From the NCBI GenBank assembly GCA_964016885.1, contig OZ024747.1:10478001-10542000 (forward strand): DNA of 64,000 nucleotides, read 5' to 3'. This DNA comes from Eledone cirrhosa (lineage: Eukaryota). A program made the position numbers and the translations under genes. Shown here in pieces: positions 41,250 through 53,897 of this stretch. The notes under the pieces are model-generated. The model searched no databases, was not told the origin of the DNA, and saw nothing but the letters and a program-made list of their open reading frames with translations. Within the stretch, counting starts at the first letter, position 1. The number at the start of each line of letters is the position of its first letter.

Positions 41250-41449
41250 TTGACCCTTTAGCATTTACATTACTTTATATATACTATTGCATTTTTGACG
41301 CAAAGGCTTTATCTTACATAATTACCTCACATAATATCAAATCTACCAGATTTTGACGTTATTTATTTTGAGAACAATACCTCAACATCAGTATGAGCAG
41401 CCAGTTACAGCTGGTTTGAAAAGAAAGAATTTAAATGCTAAAGGGTTAG
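41250..41449. mobile_element. piggyBac-type MITE family 1 copy, internally deleted
   Basis: TTGACCCTTTAGCATTTAC ... TAAATGCTAAAGGGTTAG. Confidence 0.8.
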
Positions 41450-41845
41450 GGTTAGGCAAGCCTTTAAAATGTGTGGTTATATTTCATAGAACCGAGGGTG
41501 ATATTGGCCAGGTCTTGACTATATTAAACTCAATAGTTAGTCCTATTTCCTCAACCACAAGTGTAACATGTAATATAACACTGCAAGGTATTTTTCATTC
41601 CACAAAGACATTTTCTTTGCTACCATTGACTGTAGATAAACACATACATACATGCGTGGGTGCATGTTTGTGCAGTGAAGTTTAACATAGTCTCTCAAGT
41701 TTCATTTACAAAATTTGGATTGGGAGGCACCCCAAATACCCCACAATGGGATTAAATCTGAAAAGACATGTTTGAGGAACAACATTCTTAAACATAAAAG
41801 TGTGTGTATATATATGTGTGTGTGTGTAATCATCATCATCACCAT

Positions 41846-42066
41846 TTAACCCTTTAGCATTTACATTACTCTATATATACTATTATGGTAAACACTTTAT
41901 TTCACATAATTATCTCACATAATATCAAATCTATGAGATTTTGAGGATATTTATTTTGAGAAGAATACCTTAACATAAGTATGAGTAGCCATTTACAGCC
42001 AGTTTGAACAGAAAGAGGTGAGAGAATTCTGGCCGGATACAGCCGGTTTAAATGCTAAAGGGTTAA
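41846..42066. mobile_element. piggyBac-type MITE family 1 copy inserted in a SINE tail
   Basis: Perfect TTAA TSD and TIRs. The flanks (CATCATCATCACCAT / TGTCTATCGACCATGC) rejoin as a family-B SINE 3' end. Confidence 0.88.
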
Positions 42067-42581
42067 TGTCTATCGACCATGCTTGTGTAGTTTTGATGGT
42101 TTGTAGTGTTTTCAGGAGAGATTAGTCAGGTGACCATGTCTTGCTCACACATTCCATTTTTGATCTGGTTTTTACAGCTGGATGCCCTTCTTAACACCAA
42201 CCACTTTACACCATGTACTGGGAACATTTTATTGTGACTCTAGCACTTTATGTCTCTTTTTAAAGGTTTTTATCTTTTTCTTTTTACGTTTCCTTCTACT
42301 TTTCCATTCTTCCTACTACCTGCTGGCTTTGGTACCCAGAGATTTACCCATCTGCATTGTAGAGGCTTCCAAAACAACCATTTTTCGTATCCCACAATGC
42401 TTCAAGCAAAATTAAACACTCTCATATATATATATATTCCAGGGCTCAGTAGTTATCAATAGGCTGACCTCACACTCAGGGCTCAGTTGTTTCCAAAAAA
42501 AAAAAAAAGTTAATTATGAAAGGGGAGATAACTCTCAGTATATTGTAGTAAAAAGGTATATAGTGTACAAAAAAGGAATAA

Positions 42582-42808
42582 TTAACCTTTTAGCACTTAA
42601 ACCGGGCATATCCGGCCAGAATTCTCTCACCTCTTTCTGTTCAAATCGGCCGTAACTGGCCGCTCATACTGATGATAAGGTATTGTTCTCAACATAAATA
42701 ATATCAAAATCTCAGATTCGATATTATATTAGATAATTATGTGAGGGAAAGCCTTTATCGTAAAAATTCAATAGTAAATATAGAGTAATGTAAATTCTAA
42801 AGGGTTAA
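42582..42808. mobile_element. piggyBac-type MITE family 1 copy, inverted
   Basis: TTAACCTTTTAGCACTTAAAC ... TAAATTCTAAAGGGTTAA. Confidence 0.82.
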
Positions 42809-42914
42809 GTTAGATATTGGTGAGCAGACATACATAGTCTGTTAGTGGTAGGTGAGGTGAGGGAGTGGAATTAAAAGGGGGTGGAAGACGTTAGGGATTA
42901 GTAGATGATAGATA

Positions 42915-43141
42915 ATAATGGGTTCTGGTTCAGACACAAGGACAACAATTTTAGGGGAGGAGAAAGTCAATTAAATTCCCCCCCCCTCCCTGCATTACTG
43001 GTACTCTATTTTATCGACCACATAAGAACGAAAGGCAAAGCTAACTTCGGTGGGATTTGAACTCAAACCGTAAAGGGCTGTAACTCTATGCTGCAAAGCA
43101 TGGTATCCAACGCTCTACCGATTCTGCCAACCCACAGCCCT
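42915..43141 (-). mobile_element. SINE family A
   Basis: Colinear with the other full-length copies. Confidence 0.8.
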
Positions 43142-43454
43142 GATATATAATAGTATGGACTGTTCACGGTGACACCCTTTATAAATTGACAACTTTTCCA
43201 TGGGTTGAAAGTGATGCCCTTCCTGGCCCCAACCCTTTTAGTCTCCTCTTATGACACACACACACGTCTGTTGATATATTATTATATAGTTTTATGTTAG
43301 TTAGAATATGAAGTCTAGAATAAAGTGGAGTGGAACGTCCTTTCAATACATAAACAATATTTTAATTCTCATATCTCATGACATATATGGCTAAATACAG
43401 CTACAGCTGATGTGTGTTGCCATTCTTGGGAACACTGACACACAGCCACAACAC

Positions 43455-43497
<43 letters not shown>

Positions 43498-43642
43498 ACA
43501 CATACACACACGTGTGTATGTGTTTATATATCTACTCCATAATCCACTATCTTTTCAACAATCACCACCACACATACATACAAAGACACACACACACACA
43601 CAGAGTAATGACCTAAATTTCCCCCCTCCCCTTCACTCCACT

Positions 43643-44098
43643 CCACCTCACCTCATTCTCCAAACGATAGTCAAAAGCCTATTGCCTCTTAGAAAAATGA
43701 TGAATATTGATTTCTGTAGATGAGTGAGATTGCCAAAAGTTCTCAATACCAAGTGATCACCAATCACCAATGAGGGGTAGTGGGAGGGATGAGGTAGAGG
43801 GGGAGGTATCCAGTTTGTTATACTATAAACTACTACTTCCAGCAATCTTTATCTTTCAACAACTACCTCTCTCTCTCTCCTGTATTTAAACTAGACATCA
43901 CCATCATCACCACCACCATCTACCCCCCCCCCTCTCTGATGAAATGAGAACCAACAGACTACCTGCTACTACAACCCATCAACAATTGTTTGGATGCTGT
44001 TCTCATACTAGTGTTGTATTTGGTACTATACAGTAAATCTTTTGTTAAAACCACCTGAAATCATGTCTCACTGTGTGTGTGTGAATATGTTTATATAC

Positions 44099-44100
<2 letters not shown>
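43643..44100. repeat. ~450-bp segment duplicated at 55306-55868
   Basis: Near-identical direct copies that differ mainly in internal microsatellite lengths. Confidence 0.92.
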
Positions 44101-44164
<64 letters not shown>

Positions 44165-44944
44165 ATACATTAACTATATATCTGTGTGTGTGTGTACATA
44201 TATTTGTATTGTGGCCATTATAGTAAAGGTTGATGATTACGTCCATCAAGAGGTTGATGCCCTCTGTTTGGGGAATTTAACATACGACAGACACACATGG
44301 ACAGATACAGACACATACGCAGATATGCACACACACTGATATATATAGACACACACACACACTGATATATACACATACACAAGTAGAGGCAGTGTATAAT
44401 TGGAATAAAACTCCCTGATCCATTATTTAAGTTGAGACATTTGTAGAATTCTTCTCTGAGAGTACTGCTATGTCTTCAAACCCACAGATTTTGAACACAG
44501 GACTCTGATTTAAGTCTCTTATTACCATATTTCTAATGAAAGACAGTGCCTATCATTTTCAAATAATCAAGAACTTAGAGTGATTTAGTTATAAACTAAC
44601 TTCCTTATCCCCAAGCTGGTGTTTGGAACATTAACTTCACAAAAGTTATTACATAAAATCATAATGGAATGGTTTCAGATAAATATAAATACTTTAAATT
44701 GTGTATTGTAGAATGACAGGTGATTTCAGGAGGTTTCCCATGTCAATTTTGTAGCAGAAGATTACCAGAATCTTTAGAGCATTGGACAAAACCTTTTTCT
44801 TTATTGATTTAATAATACAAATATATGTCCCTGTAAGAATTGTAGTTAATAGAAGTTGGTGAAAACTATTTTATGCAAAAGAGCATGTGTTTAAGAGTTA
44901 TAAATTCTAAACCTTTTTACTGAAGAATGGACTCTTTGAGATAC

Positions 44945-45395
44945 AAACAGTTTTAGTATTATATAGTTGTCTATAATATACACACTGTCCAAATATACAT
45001 AGTTTTAGTATTATATAGTTGTCTATAATATACACACTGTCCAAATATAGTTTTAGTATAATATAGTTGTTTATAATATACACACTGTCCAAATATACTC
45101 AGTTTTAGTATAATATAGTTGTCTATAATATACACACTGTCCAAATATAGTTTTAGTATAATATAGTTGTTTATAATATACACACTGTCCAAATATACTC
45201 AGTTTTAGTATAATATAGTTGTCTATAATATACACACTGTCCAAATATAGTTTTAGTATAATATAGTTGTTTATAATATACACACTGTCCAAATATACTC
45301 AGTTTTAGTATAATATAGTTGTCTATAATATACACACTGTCCAAATATACACAGTTTTAGTATTATATAGTTGTCTACATAGTTTTAGTATTATA
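44945..45395. repeat. 48/52-bp alternating minisatellite (100-bp higher order)
   Basis: AGTTTTAGTATAATATAGTTGT(C/T)TATAATATACACACTGTCCAAATAT(ACTC). Confidence 0.92.
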
Positions 45396-45515
45396 GAGAT
45401 ATAAATGTAATATATATAATGTTCAAATAAAAAAATTGACTTGAGATGAAATAAAGCTACAAACAATTCTTATGAGCAGAAGACTGTTACTAAGATTATT
45501 TGTTCCATAAGTGGA

Positions 45516-45892
45516 ATGGTCAGTGGTCAGTGTTGATATGGTCAGTGGTCAGTGGTCAGTGTTGATATGGTCAGTGGTCAGTAGTCAGTGTTGATGTGGT
45601 CAGTAATCAGTGTTGATGTGGTCAGTAGTCAGTGTTGATATGGTCAGTGGTCAGTAGTCAGTGTTGATATGGTCAGTAGTCAGTGTTGATGTGGTCAGTA
45701 GTCAGTGTTGATATGGTCAGTAGTCAGTGTTGATGTGGTCAGTAGTCAGTGTTGATATGGTCAGTGGTCAGTGTTGATATAGTCAGTGGTCAGTGTTGAT
45801 ATGGTCAGTGACCAGTGTTGATATGGTCAGTGACCAGTGCTATGGTCAGTGGTCAGTGCTAATATGGTCAGTGGTCAGTGCTAATATGGTCA
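45516..45892. repeat. GGTCAGT-based minisatellite
   Basis: GGTCAGTAGTCAGTGTTGATAT units. Confidence 0.92.
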
Positions 45893-46811
45893 CTTACAGC
45901 AGACCTATAAGTAAAGGTGTTCCAGCTACGACCATTCTGTCTTTTTTATTCCAAACATAGTATAACTAGCACTACATTATCCAATGTATTTTGTGTAACT
46001 TTAGGGTGTGATGGGTCTTCAGGACAAACAACCACATAAAGGTTCCCTCATTAGCTGTAATATTTATAAGTAAGGATCTTGATAGAAAGTGGGGCATAAA
46101 AACAAAATAAAATAAACAGGGCAGCATCCGTGCACTGGTGAAATATCCCCATCTTCCTCCCTCCATCCCTGGTTCTAATGTTGTTACAACACTGATGAAG
46201 GGGTCCCTCCTTGTCATCCCTGGTTCTAATGTTGTTACAACACTGATGAAGGGGACAACTTCTGTTTCATAATCACACTTGACCTACATTGTTTATCTGC
46301 CATCTGTTTGATACAGTTAATTCTGGCAGACACCGCACCATAGCACACTATCCTGTCACTACACCCCACCATAACACACAACCCTGTCACTACACCACCC
46401 CCTCGACATAACACAGAACCCTATCACCCCATCTCACCCCAACAAAACCCAGAACCACCACCCTACCATCCCAACAAAACCCAGAACCCTGCCATCCCAC
46501 CCCAACAAAACACAGGACCACGATACCACCCCAACATAACACAGAACCCTGCCATCCCACCCCAACAAAACACAGTACCCTGCCATCCCACCCCAACAAA
46601 ACACAGTACCCTGCCATACCACCCCAACAAAACCCAGGACCACCACCCTACCTCAACATAACAGCCAACAGGTATATATACAGAAATATGATACAGTATA
46701 AAGCTACTGAAGCAGTGATACTCCACTTTATTCTTTATAATTGGGTGAGAAGCTGCTGCAGAGCAAGGCACTTGTCTTTTAAGACATCTATTTTAATGCC
46801 CTCTCTCACTA

Positions 46812-47106
46812 ATAATAATAATAATTGTTTCTAATTTTGGCACAAGGCCAGAAATTCTCCCAGTATATTACTGGTACTTTATTTTATAGACCCCATAAGG
46901 ATGAAAGGCAAAGTTAACCTTGGCGGAATTTGAACTCAGGACAAAAAGGGCCATAACTCTATGCTGCAAAGCATGGCATCTGATGCTCTATCAATACTGC
47001 CAATCCACCACCTAATAATAATTGTTTCTAATTTTGGCACCAGGAGGCCAGCAATTATCCCAGTATATTACTGGTACTTTATTTTATAGACCCCGTAAGG
47101 ATGAAA
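46812..47106 (-). mobile_element. SINE family A, one full copy plus an adjacent 5'-truncated copy
   Basis: Two (TAA)n TTGTTTCTAATTTTGGCAC tails, at ~46815 and ~47013. Confidence 0.8.
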
Positions 47107-47757
47107 TGGCTTATTCATCATCATCATAATCGTTTAATGTTCATTTTCCATGCTGGCATGGGTAAGACGTGCTGTTTCGTTGTGAGACATCCAGGTCAAA
47201 GGACCATGTTTTGCTCACACAGAACTGATTTTGGCTGGGTTTCTATGGCTGGATGCCCTTCTTAATGCCAACCACATTTACAGTGTGTACTGGGTGCTTT
47301 TTGCTGTGATACCTACACAACCACTTTAGTGTGAACTGGGTGTATTTTATCATGACACCTACACGATTATTATTATCATTTGCTCTAGCAGAATATGCGT
47401 GCAGTGCTTTATAAGTGCTATATTTGTAAGTCCTAGAGTTTTGGTTATGTATCTGTCTGTGTTTTTTTTATCATTCCCTGAGCACCTATTATTAAAGGTA
47501 TTGTTTCTGTCTTCATCATCCACATTTGAGTTATTTCTATCTCTAGATCTTTATATTTGGAGAGTTTCTCCATTTCCTTGGTTGATATGTTGTCATCTGT
47601 AGGGATTGATACATCAATTTATTATTAAGGAAGTATTTTGTAGAACCAGTAGAATATGAAATAATAAAATGAAGTACCAGTTGCATACTGGAGTCAATAT
47701 AGTCAATTTTCCCCTTTCACAAAATGCTGGCCTTGTTCCTAAATTAGAAATCCTTAT

Positions 47758-47962
47758 TTAACCCTTTAATGTTCAAACCAGCCAAAACCGGCCAGAATTC
47801 TCTACCTCTTTCTGTTGAAACTGGCCACTCGTACTGATGTTAAGGTATTGTTCTCAAAATAAATACTTTCAAAATCTCATAGATTCGATATTATGTGAGG
47901 TAAAGCCTTTACCATGAAAATATGATAGTATATATAGAGTAATGTGAATGCTAAAGGGTTAA
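47758..47962. mobile_element. piggyBac-type MITE family 1 copy, inverted
   Basis: TTAACCCTTTAATGTTCAAAC ... GAATGCTAAAGGGTTAA. Confidence 0.82.
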
Positions 47963-48235
47963 CCATAAAAAGAAACTAAACAACAACATAAATATATTTA
48001 CATATAGAAACACAGACATTAACCAATGTCTACATACACACCTACACATACATACACATCCCACCTACACTCATACATCTAGACACACACACACATCCCA
48101 CCTACACACACATCTAGTACATAAGTCTACATGGCAAGTTATAGTCAGACAATACTGGGATTTCTTGTCAAAAGACATTATCACCAGCTGAGCTACTTCC
48201 AAATCTTTCCACATGCCTGATATTTCTTTATTATC

Positions 48236-48370
48236 ATTATTTCTTATTGTTCCCGTCGAGGTTAACTTTACCTTTCATCCTTATGGGGTCGATAAAATAA
48301 AGTAGCAGTAATGTACTGGGTAATTGCTGGCCTTGTGCCAAAAGTAGAAACAATTATTTCTTATTGTTCC
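48236..48370 (+). mobile_element. 5'-truncated SINE family A with 18-bp TSD
   Basis: ATTATTTCTTATTGTTCC at 48236-48253 and 48353-48370. Confidence 0.88.
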
Positions 48371-48475
48371 TCTTAATTTCATCTTTTAAATTAGTGTAAA
48401 TTCCCTCTCCATCCTCTGTTTTGCTGTTACCAAACTGTTGGGTCCTTGTGCCCAATAAAAGAAACCCATACCATT

Positions 48476-48905
48476 AGATTGGCAGTATCAGTAGAGGGTC
48501 AGACGCCATGCTTTGCAGCATAGAGTCATGCCCCTTTAAAGTCTGAATTTGAATCGTGCCGAGGTTAACTTTGCCTTTCCTCCTTACAGGGTCGATAAAA
48601 TAAAGTACCAGTAATGCACTGGGATAACTGCTGACCTTGTCCCAAATCTAAAAACAATTATTATTATTATTGCTACAGACAAAATCTCAAGTGCTTCTAA
48701 TTTTGGTACAAAGCCAGAATTTTTTTTTATGGTGTGTGGGGTGATTATATCGACCCCAGTATTTGACTGGTACTTTGATTTATAGACCCTGGAAGGATGA
48801 AATACAAAAATTGACCTCAGAGGAATTTGAACACAGAATGTAAAGAGCTGAGACAAAAACTGCTCAGCATTGGTCTAGCACTCCAACAACTCTGCTAATA
48901 CACCT
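48476..48905. mobile_element. Two SINE family A copies, tail to tail (+ then -)
   Basis: 48476-48670 on +, and an older diverged copy at ~48695-48905 on -. Confidence 0.7.
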
Positions 48906-48909
48906 TCAA

Positions 48910-49187
48910 TAGAAGATATAATTGTTTCTACTTTTGGCACAAGGCCAGCAATTACTCCAGTGTATTACTGGTATGATTAAATCGACCCTCCAGTGCGTGA
49001 CTGGTACGATTAATTCGACCCCTCCCCCAGTGCTACTTTATTTTATTGACCCCGTAAGGATGAAAGGCAAAGTTAACCTCGGCGGGATTTGAACTCAGAT
49101 CATAAAGGGCCGTAACTCTTTGCTTGCAAAGCATGGCGTCCGACCCTCTACCAATACTGCCAATACACCGCCCTTAGAAGATATAAT
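48910..49187 (-). mobile_element. SINE family A with 13-bp TSD and an internal duplication
   Basis: TAGAAGATATAAT at 48910-48922 and 49175-49187; CTGGTA.GATTAA.TCGACCC..CCAGTGC occurs twice. Confidence 0.88.
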
Positions 49188-49495
49188 AATATTACTAAAA
49201 CATTTTGTTGTGAATCATCATTGACTTTACACCTGCTCTGTCATGTAAAGTCTGTCTCAAGCAAGGAGGCTAAACAGGTTAGTGCTTATTCTGGTGTTGA
49301 CTGACTCAGAGCACAAGACACGTTACATGGTTATATAATAAACAGGATGTATACATAACACCATCTCTCTTCTTTATAATACTGACACTCCATACCTTAT
49401 AGGTAATACCTTAAGGTACTCACGTTGTGGAGTGCTTATGTCTGTTTACACTACAATCAGTTGATTAATTGATCAACCAACATTTCTTTACTTTG

Positions 49496-49538
<43 letters not shown>

Positions 49539-49746
49539 AAAGGCAAACAGAAATAACAAAGCAAACGACACAGTACAATGAAGAAATATATTATTAGTTT
49601 AACACTTGATATGGTAAGAAAAAGTGCCTTAACGTTTCGGATGATAGTCCTTCTTCAGAAAATAGAAAGAGAAAGATTGAGATGACGGACAGTGGCTGAA
49701 ATGAAAGACATTCTTTTAAAAAAAAATAACAGGTCCATTCATGTCA

Positions 49747-49783
<37 letters not shown>

Positions 49784-50864
49784 CACACACAGTAGGCTTC
49801 TGTCTGGCAACTTTCACTGATAAAGCACTGACCAGCTGAACGTTATAGTAGAAGTCACTTGACCAAGGTTCCATGGTCTTGAAGTAAGCTTCTAAACCAA
49901 AGTGCTATGCCTGCTTCTATGTTTATGTTATAATATATTTGGTATTGACCTCAGTTGACCTAGCTGGCTGTGGTAATGGTGTGTGATAAGTGTGGAAATG
50001 GTATTTACCTCAGTTGACCTAGCTGACTGTGGCAAAAGTGTGTGATAAGTATGGAGGTATTTACCTCAGTTGACCTAGCTGACTGTGGTAAAGGTGTGTG
50101 ATAAGTGTGGAAATGGTACTTGTGGAAGAAGAAGATATTTGGAAAGAAGATGTAATGGAATCAAACCTGAAAACACAACAGTTGCAAAGTTAACTGCTTA
50201 ACCACACAACCATGCAGAACAAGGTATTAGTCGGTCAACAAAAACAAAGAGTGACAATAACAACAGTAACAACAACAACAGTCCCAAGAAGAAAAGTGTA
50301 AATAATTAGAAGTCTATTGTTTGTAATTTAACGAAAACATTCTTCTCTTTTATTGTTATTATTACCTTAACCCCCCCCCCCCCCCCACCACCACCACCAC
50401 CCACTCCTTTCCCCTTCTCTAACAAAAGAAATAATGCAATGGAGTAGATTATTTGGGACTCACTGAAAGGAAAATGAAGACAACACAGATTTAACAATGA
50501 CAATCACATAATTATCCCCTCTCCCCACCACCACCCTCCTACCTGTCTCTCCACTTTACTTTGTCTGTCTACCTCTCTCTCTCTCTCTTTAGTCTCCCCA
50601 CCAACACCCTCCTACCTGTCTCTCCTCTTAACTGTCTGTCTGCCTCTCTCTATTGTCTTCCCCACCACCACCCCATCTTGCCTCTTAACTGTGTCTGTCT
50701 GTCTACCTCTCTCTCTATTGCCCCCCTCCCCCACCCCACCAAACATTATCTGTCTGTTTGCCCCCCCCTCTCTATTATCTTTCCCACCATCACCACCACC
50801 TTCTCCCCTCCGCCATTTTTTTTATTTTGCTTTGATTTCTGTTTACCAAATGTTAAGTCTTTCA

Positions 50865-51386
50865 TACCACCACCACCACCACCACCACATCAACAGCCAG
50901 ACCACCACCACCACCACCACCACCACCACCACATCAACAGCCAGACCACCACCACCACCACCACCACCACCACCACCACCACCACATCAACAGCCAAACC
51001 ACCACCACCACCATATCAACAGCCAAACCACCACCACCACCACCACAACCATCACAACCACCACCACCACATCAACAGCCAAACCACCACCACCACATCA
51101 ACAGCCAAACCACCACCACCACCACCACAACCACCACCACCACATCAACAGCCAAACCACCACCACCACCACAACCATCACAACCACCACCACCACATCA
51201 ACAGCCAAACCACCACCACCACATCAACAGCCAAACCACCACCACCACCACCACAACCACCACCACCACCACCACATCAACAGCCAAACCACCACCACCA
51301 CCACATCAACAGCCAGACCACCACCACCACCACAACCATCACAACCACCACCACCACATCAACAGCCAAACCACCACCACCACCAT
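50865..51386. repeat. (CCA)n with CATCAACAGCCA(A/G)A spacers
   Basis: Read directly from the sequence. Confidence 0.9.
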
Positions 51387-51579
51387 CAGAGAACAAGGCA
51401 TGAAAATGGGTTTGGGAAGAGGTGGGAGGGGAGACAGAATAGGAAGCCTGAGATAAATTACTTCTATAGTAGGTGGAGGAGGAGGAGGTAATAGTGAGGA
51501 GGGAGGTAAGGGGGGGGGGAGTATGAGGACATGTCCTTTATCAGACTGAATGGTAAGCAGTTTCCAATGGAAGGGGTGA

Positions 51580-51907
51580 ATGGGTGTCACTAACCACTGG
51601 AGGGGTAGGTAGGTGGGGTGGGTGTCACTAACCACTGGAGGGGTAGGTAGGTGGGGTGGGTGTCGCTAATCACTGGAGGGGTAGGTAGGTGGGGTGGGTG
51701 TCGCCAATCACTGGAGGGGTAGGTAGGTGGGGTGGGTGTCACTAATCACTGGAGGGGTGGGTAGGTGTCGCTAATCACTGGAGGGGTAGGTAGGTAGGTG
51801 GGTGTCGCTAATCACTGGAGGGGTGGGTAGGTGTCACCAATCACTGGAGGGGTAGGTAGGTGGGGTGGGTGTCACCAATCACTGGAGGGTGAGGGGGTGT
51901 CACTGGA
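51580..51907. repeat. G-rich ~38-bp minisatellite
   Basis: CACTGGAGGGGTAGGTAGGTGGGGTGGGTGTC(A/G)C(T/C)AAT units. Confidence 0.92.
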
Positions 51908-52293
51908 GTAGAATTACTTTTACCTATCATTTGTTCTTGGAGTGATTTGGTTAATAGAGAAGCAATTCTACTTTGTAGAATTGTACTGTAGTAGTAGTAG
52001 TAGTGGTGGTGGTAGTGGCAGTTGTAGTAGTAGTAGCAGTGGTAGTGAGAGTGGTGGTGGTAGGAGTGGTGGTGGTAGTAATAGTGGTGATAGTAGTAGT
52101 AATGGTGATGGTAGTAGTAGTAGTAGTAGTAGTAGTAATAATAGTACCTACTAGTTTCTGTTTCAGACTTTGTTTTCCATTCTTACACACAAAAGACTAA
52201 ACAAAATCTCTCTCTCATTCTTTCTCTCTCTCTGTTGCTTTTTGTGTCGGCTGTGTTTATTATGTACACTTATATGTGTGTGCGTGTGTGTGC

Positions 52294-52349
<56 letters not shown>

Positions 52350-52384
52350 GCACACACATATAAGCGTATATATATATATATATA

Positions 52385-52438
<54 letters not shown>

Positions 52439-52813
52439 TATATATATATATATACACATACACGCACACACATAAGTGTACATAATAAACACAGCCGACA
52501 CAAAAAGCAACAGAGAGAGAAAGAATGATATATTATATATATATAAATATATATATAAATGGAATAGAATGAAACGAAATTTCATTTCTCACTCTTAGTA
52601 CGGCAGTTACTTAAATGTAAGCATGTATACGTACATACATATATGTATACAGACGGACAGTAGTATGTATATATATATACATACATGCACGTATTGTATT
52701 CGGTGCGCCCAGCCGACTAAACTCACTCGATATGCAAATTAGGCTGCTCAGCCGTTAATATGCATAAGGAACGTAAATACTTTCAGACGTTCAACCATCT
52801 GGCAAGAAGGTAT

Positions 52814-52856
52814 ACGATGCTGACGATAGCTAATAAGCTTGAAACTAGTACATCGT
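52814..52856 (+). ncRNA. Minimal type I hammerhead ribozyme
   Basis: ACGATG-CTGACGA-t AGCT aata AGCT t-GAAA-CTAG-TA|CATCGT. Perfect 6-bp stem I, intact core, 4-bp stem II, palindromic ACTAGT at stem III, predicted GUA cleavage after 52850. Confidence 0.75.
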
Positions 52857-52953
52857 TCCTGTGTCAGTGTTGAACAAAAAGGTGACTTGGTTGCCTAAAC
52901 ACTGTACGGCGTAATTCGGGCTGTTTGTTTGTTTACAAACAAACAAATCGAGC

Positions 52954-53165
52954 ATTATAATAAATGGGCGGTGAATTGGCAGTATCGGTAGAGGGTCGGA
53001 CGCCATGCTTTGACGCATAGAGTTACGGCCCTTGCCATTCTGAGTTCAAATCCCGCCGAGGTTAACTTTGCCTTTCATCTTTACGGGGTCGATAAAATAA
53101 AGTACCAGTAATGTACTGGATAATTGCTGGCCTTGTGCCAATAGTAGAAATAATTATAATAAATG
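52954..53165 (+). mobile_element. SINE family A with 13-bp TSD
   Basis: ATTATAATAAATG at 52954-52966 and 53153-53165. Confidence 0.9.
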
Positions 53166-53519
53166 TTCGGTAAACCGATACGTGCATATATATATATATA
53201 TGTGTGTGTGTCCATGTATGTATATATATACATACTACTGTACGTCTGTATACATATATGTATGTACGTATACATACATGCTTACATTTATATATCTCTA
53301 TATATATATATTATAGTGATTTCCAGAGCTTGACTGTGGAGATCGGACTGTCCGTCTTTCTGTTGCTTTTTTCCATTGCCTTAGTCCTGTGCGCCTCCTG
53401 TTTTGTGTTTATATATGTGTGTGTGTGTGTATAAACACACACAAACCTATATATATATTATATATATGTGTGAATCCATTGGTGGGTTTCAAATCCCCGT
53501 CCAATCATTAGTTAGAAAC

Positions 53520-53830
53520 TGGCTGTAGAGCTGTAGCTCATCCGCCTTCACCAAGAGGATGAAGTTGTTGGCCGCCACTTAAGTGACTAAAGAGTCCCAT
53601 ATACTCAGGTTTTGAAATCAGAGTGATTCTTCTCCTACAGAGACTGCCAACCAAGGCTGAAGGCCCCTGTTTACCCAGTTTGGATGGTTGTTCACTTTCC
53701 TCAGTTCTACCACCCTTTGATGGATTTTGTTTTTTATCCAAAAGAGAGTCCAAAAATCATCCTCTTGGAATGCTTGTTGGTTTAGTCTTCATGTGGCATG
53801 TTTAGGGGCTACATGTTACTAGTAGCACTC
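53520..53830 (-). mobile_element. Probable RTE-type LINE 5' UTR fragment
   Basis: Minus strand GGCAGTCTCTGTAGGAGAAGAATCACTCTGATTTCAAAACC resembles a motif I recall from RTE 5' UTRs; no ORF support. Confidence 0.4.
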
Positions 53831-53897
53831 GAGAGCAGCCTGGCAATATACAAACAAATATATATATATATGTGTGTGTGTGGAGGCACATATGTGT

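Noticed and set aside
43696-43760. ATGATGA suggesting a C/D-box snoRNA
   Set aside because: No matching CTGA D box or terminal stem, and it is on the strand opposite the host transcript.
46164-46254. CTGATGA motifs in a ~51-bp direct duplication
   Set aside because: No correctly placed GAAA or stem I partner, so not a hammerhead.
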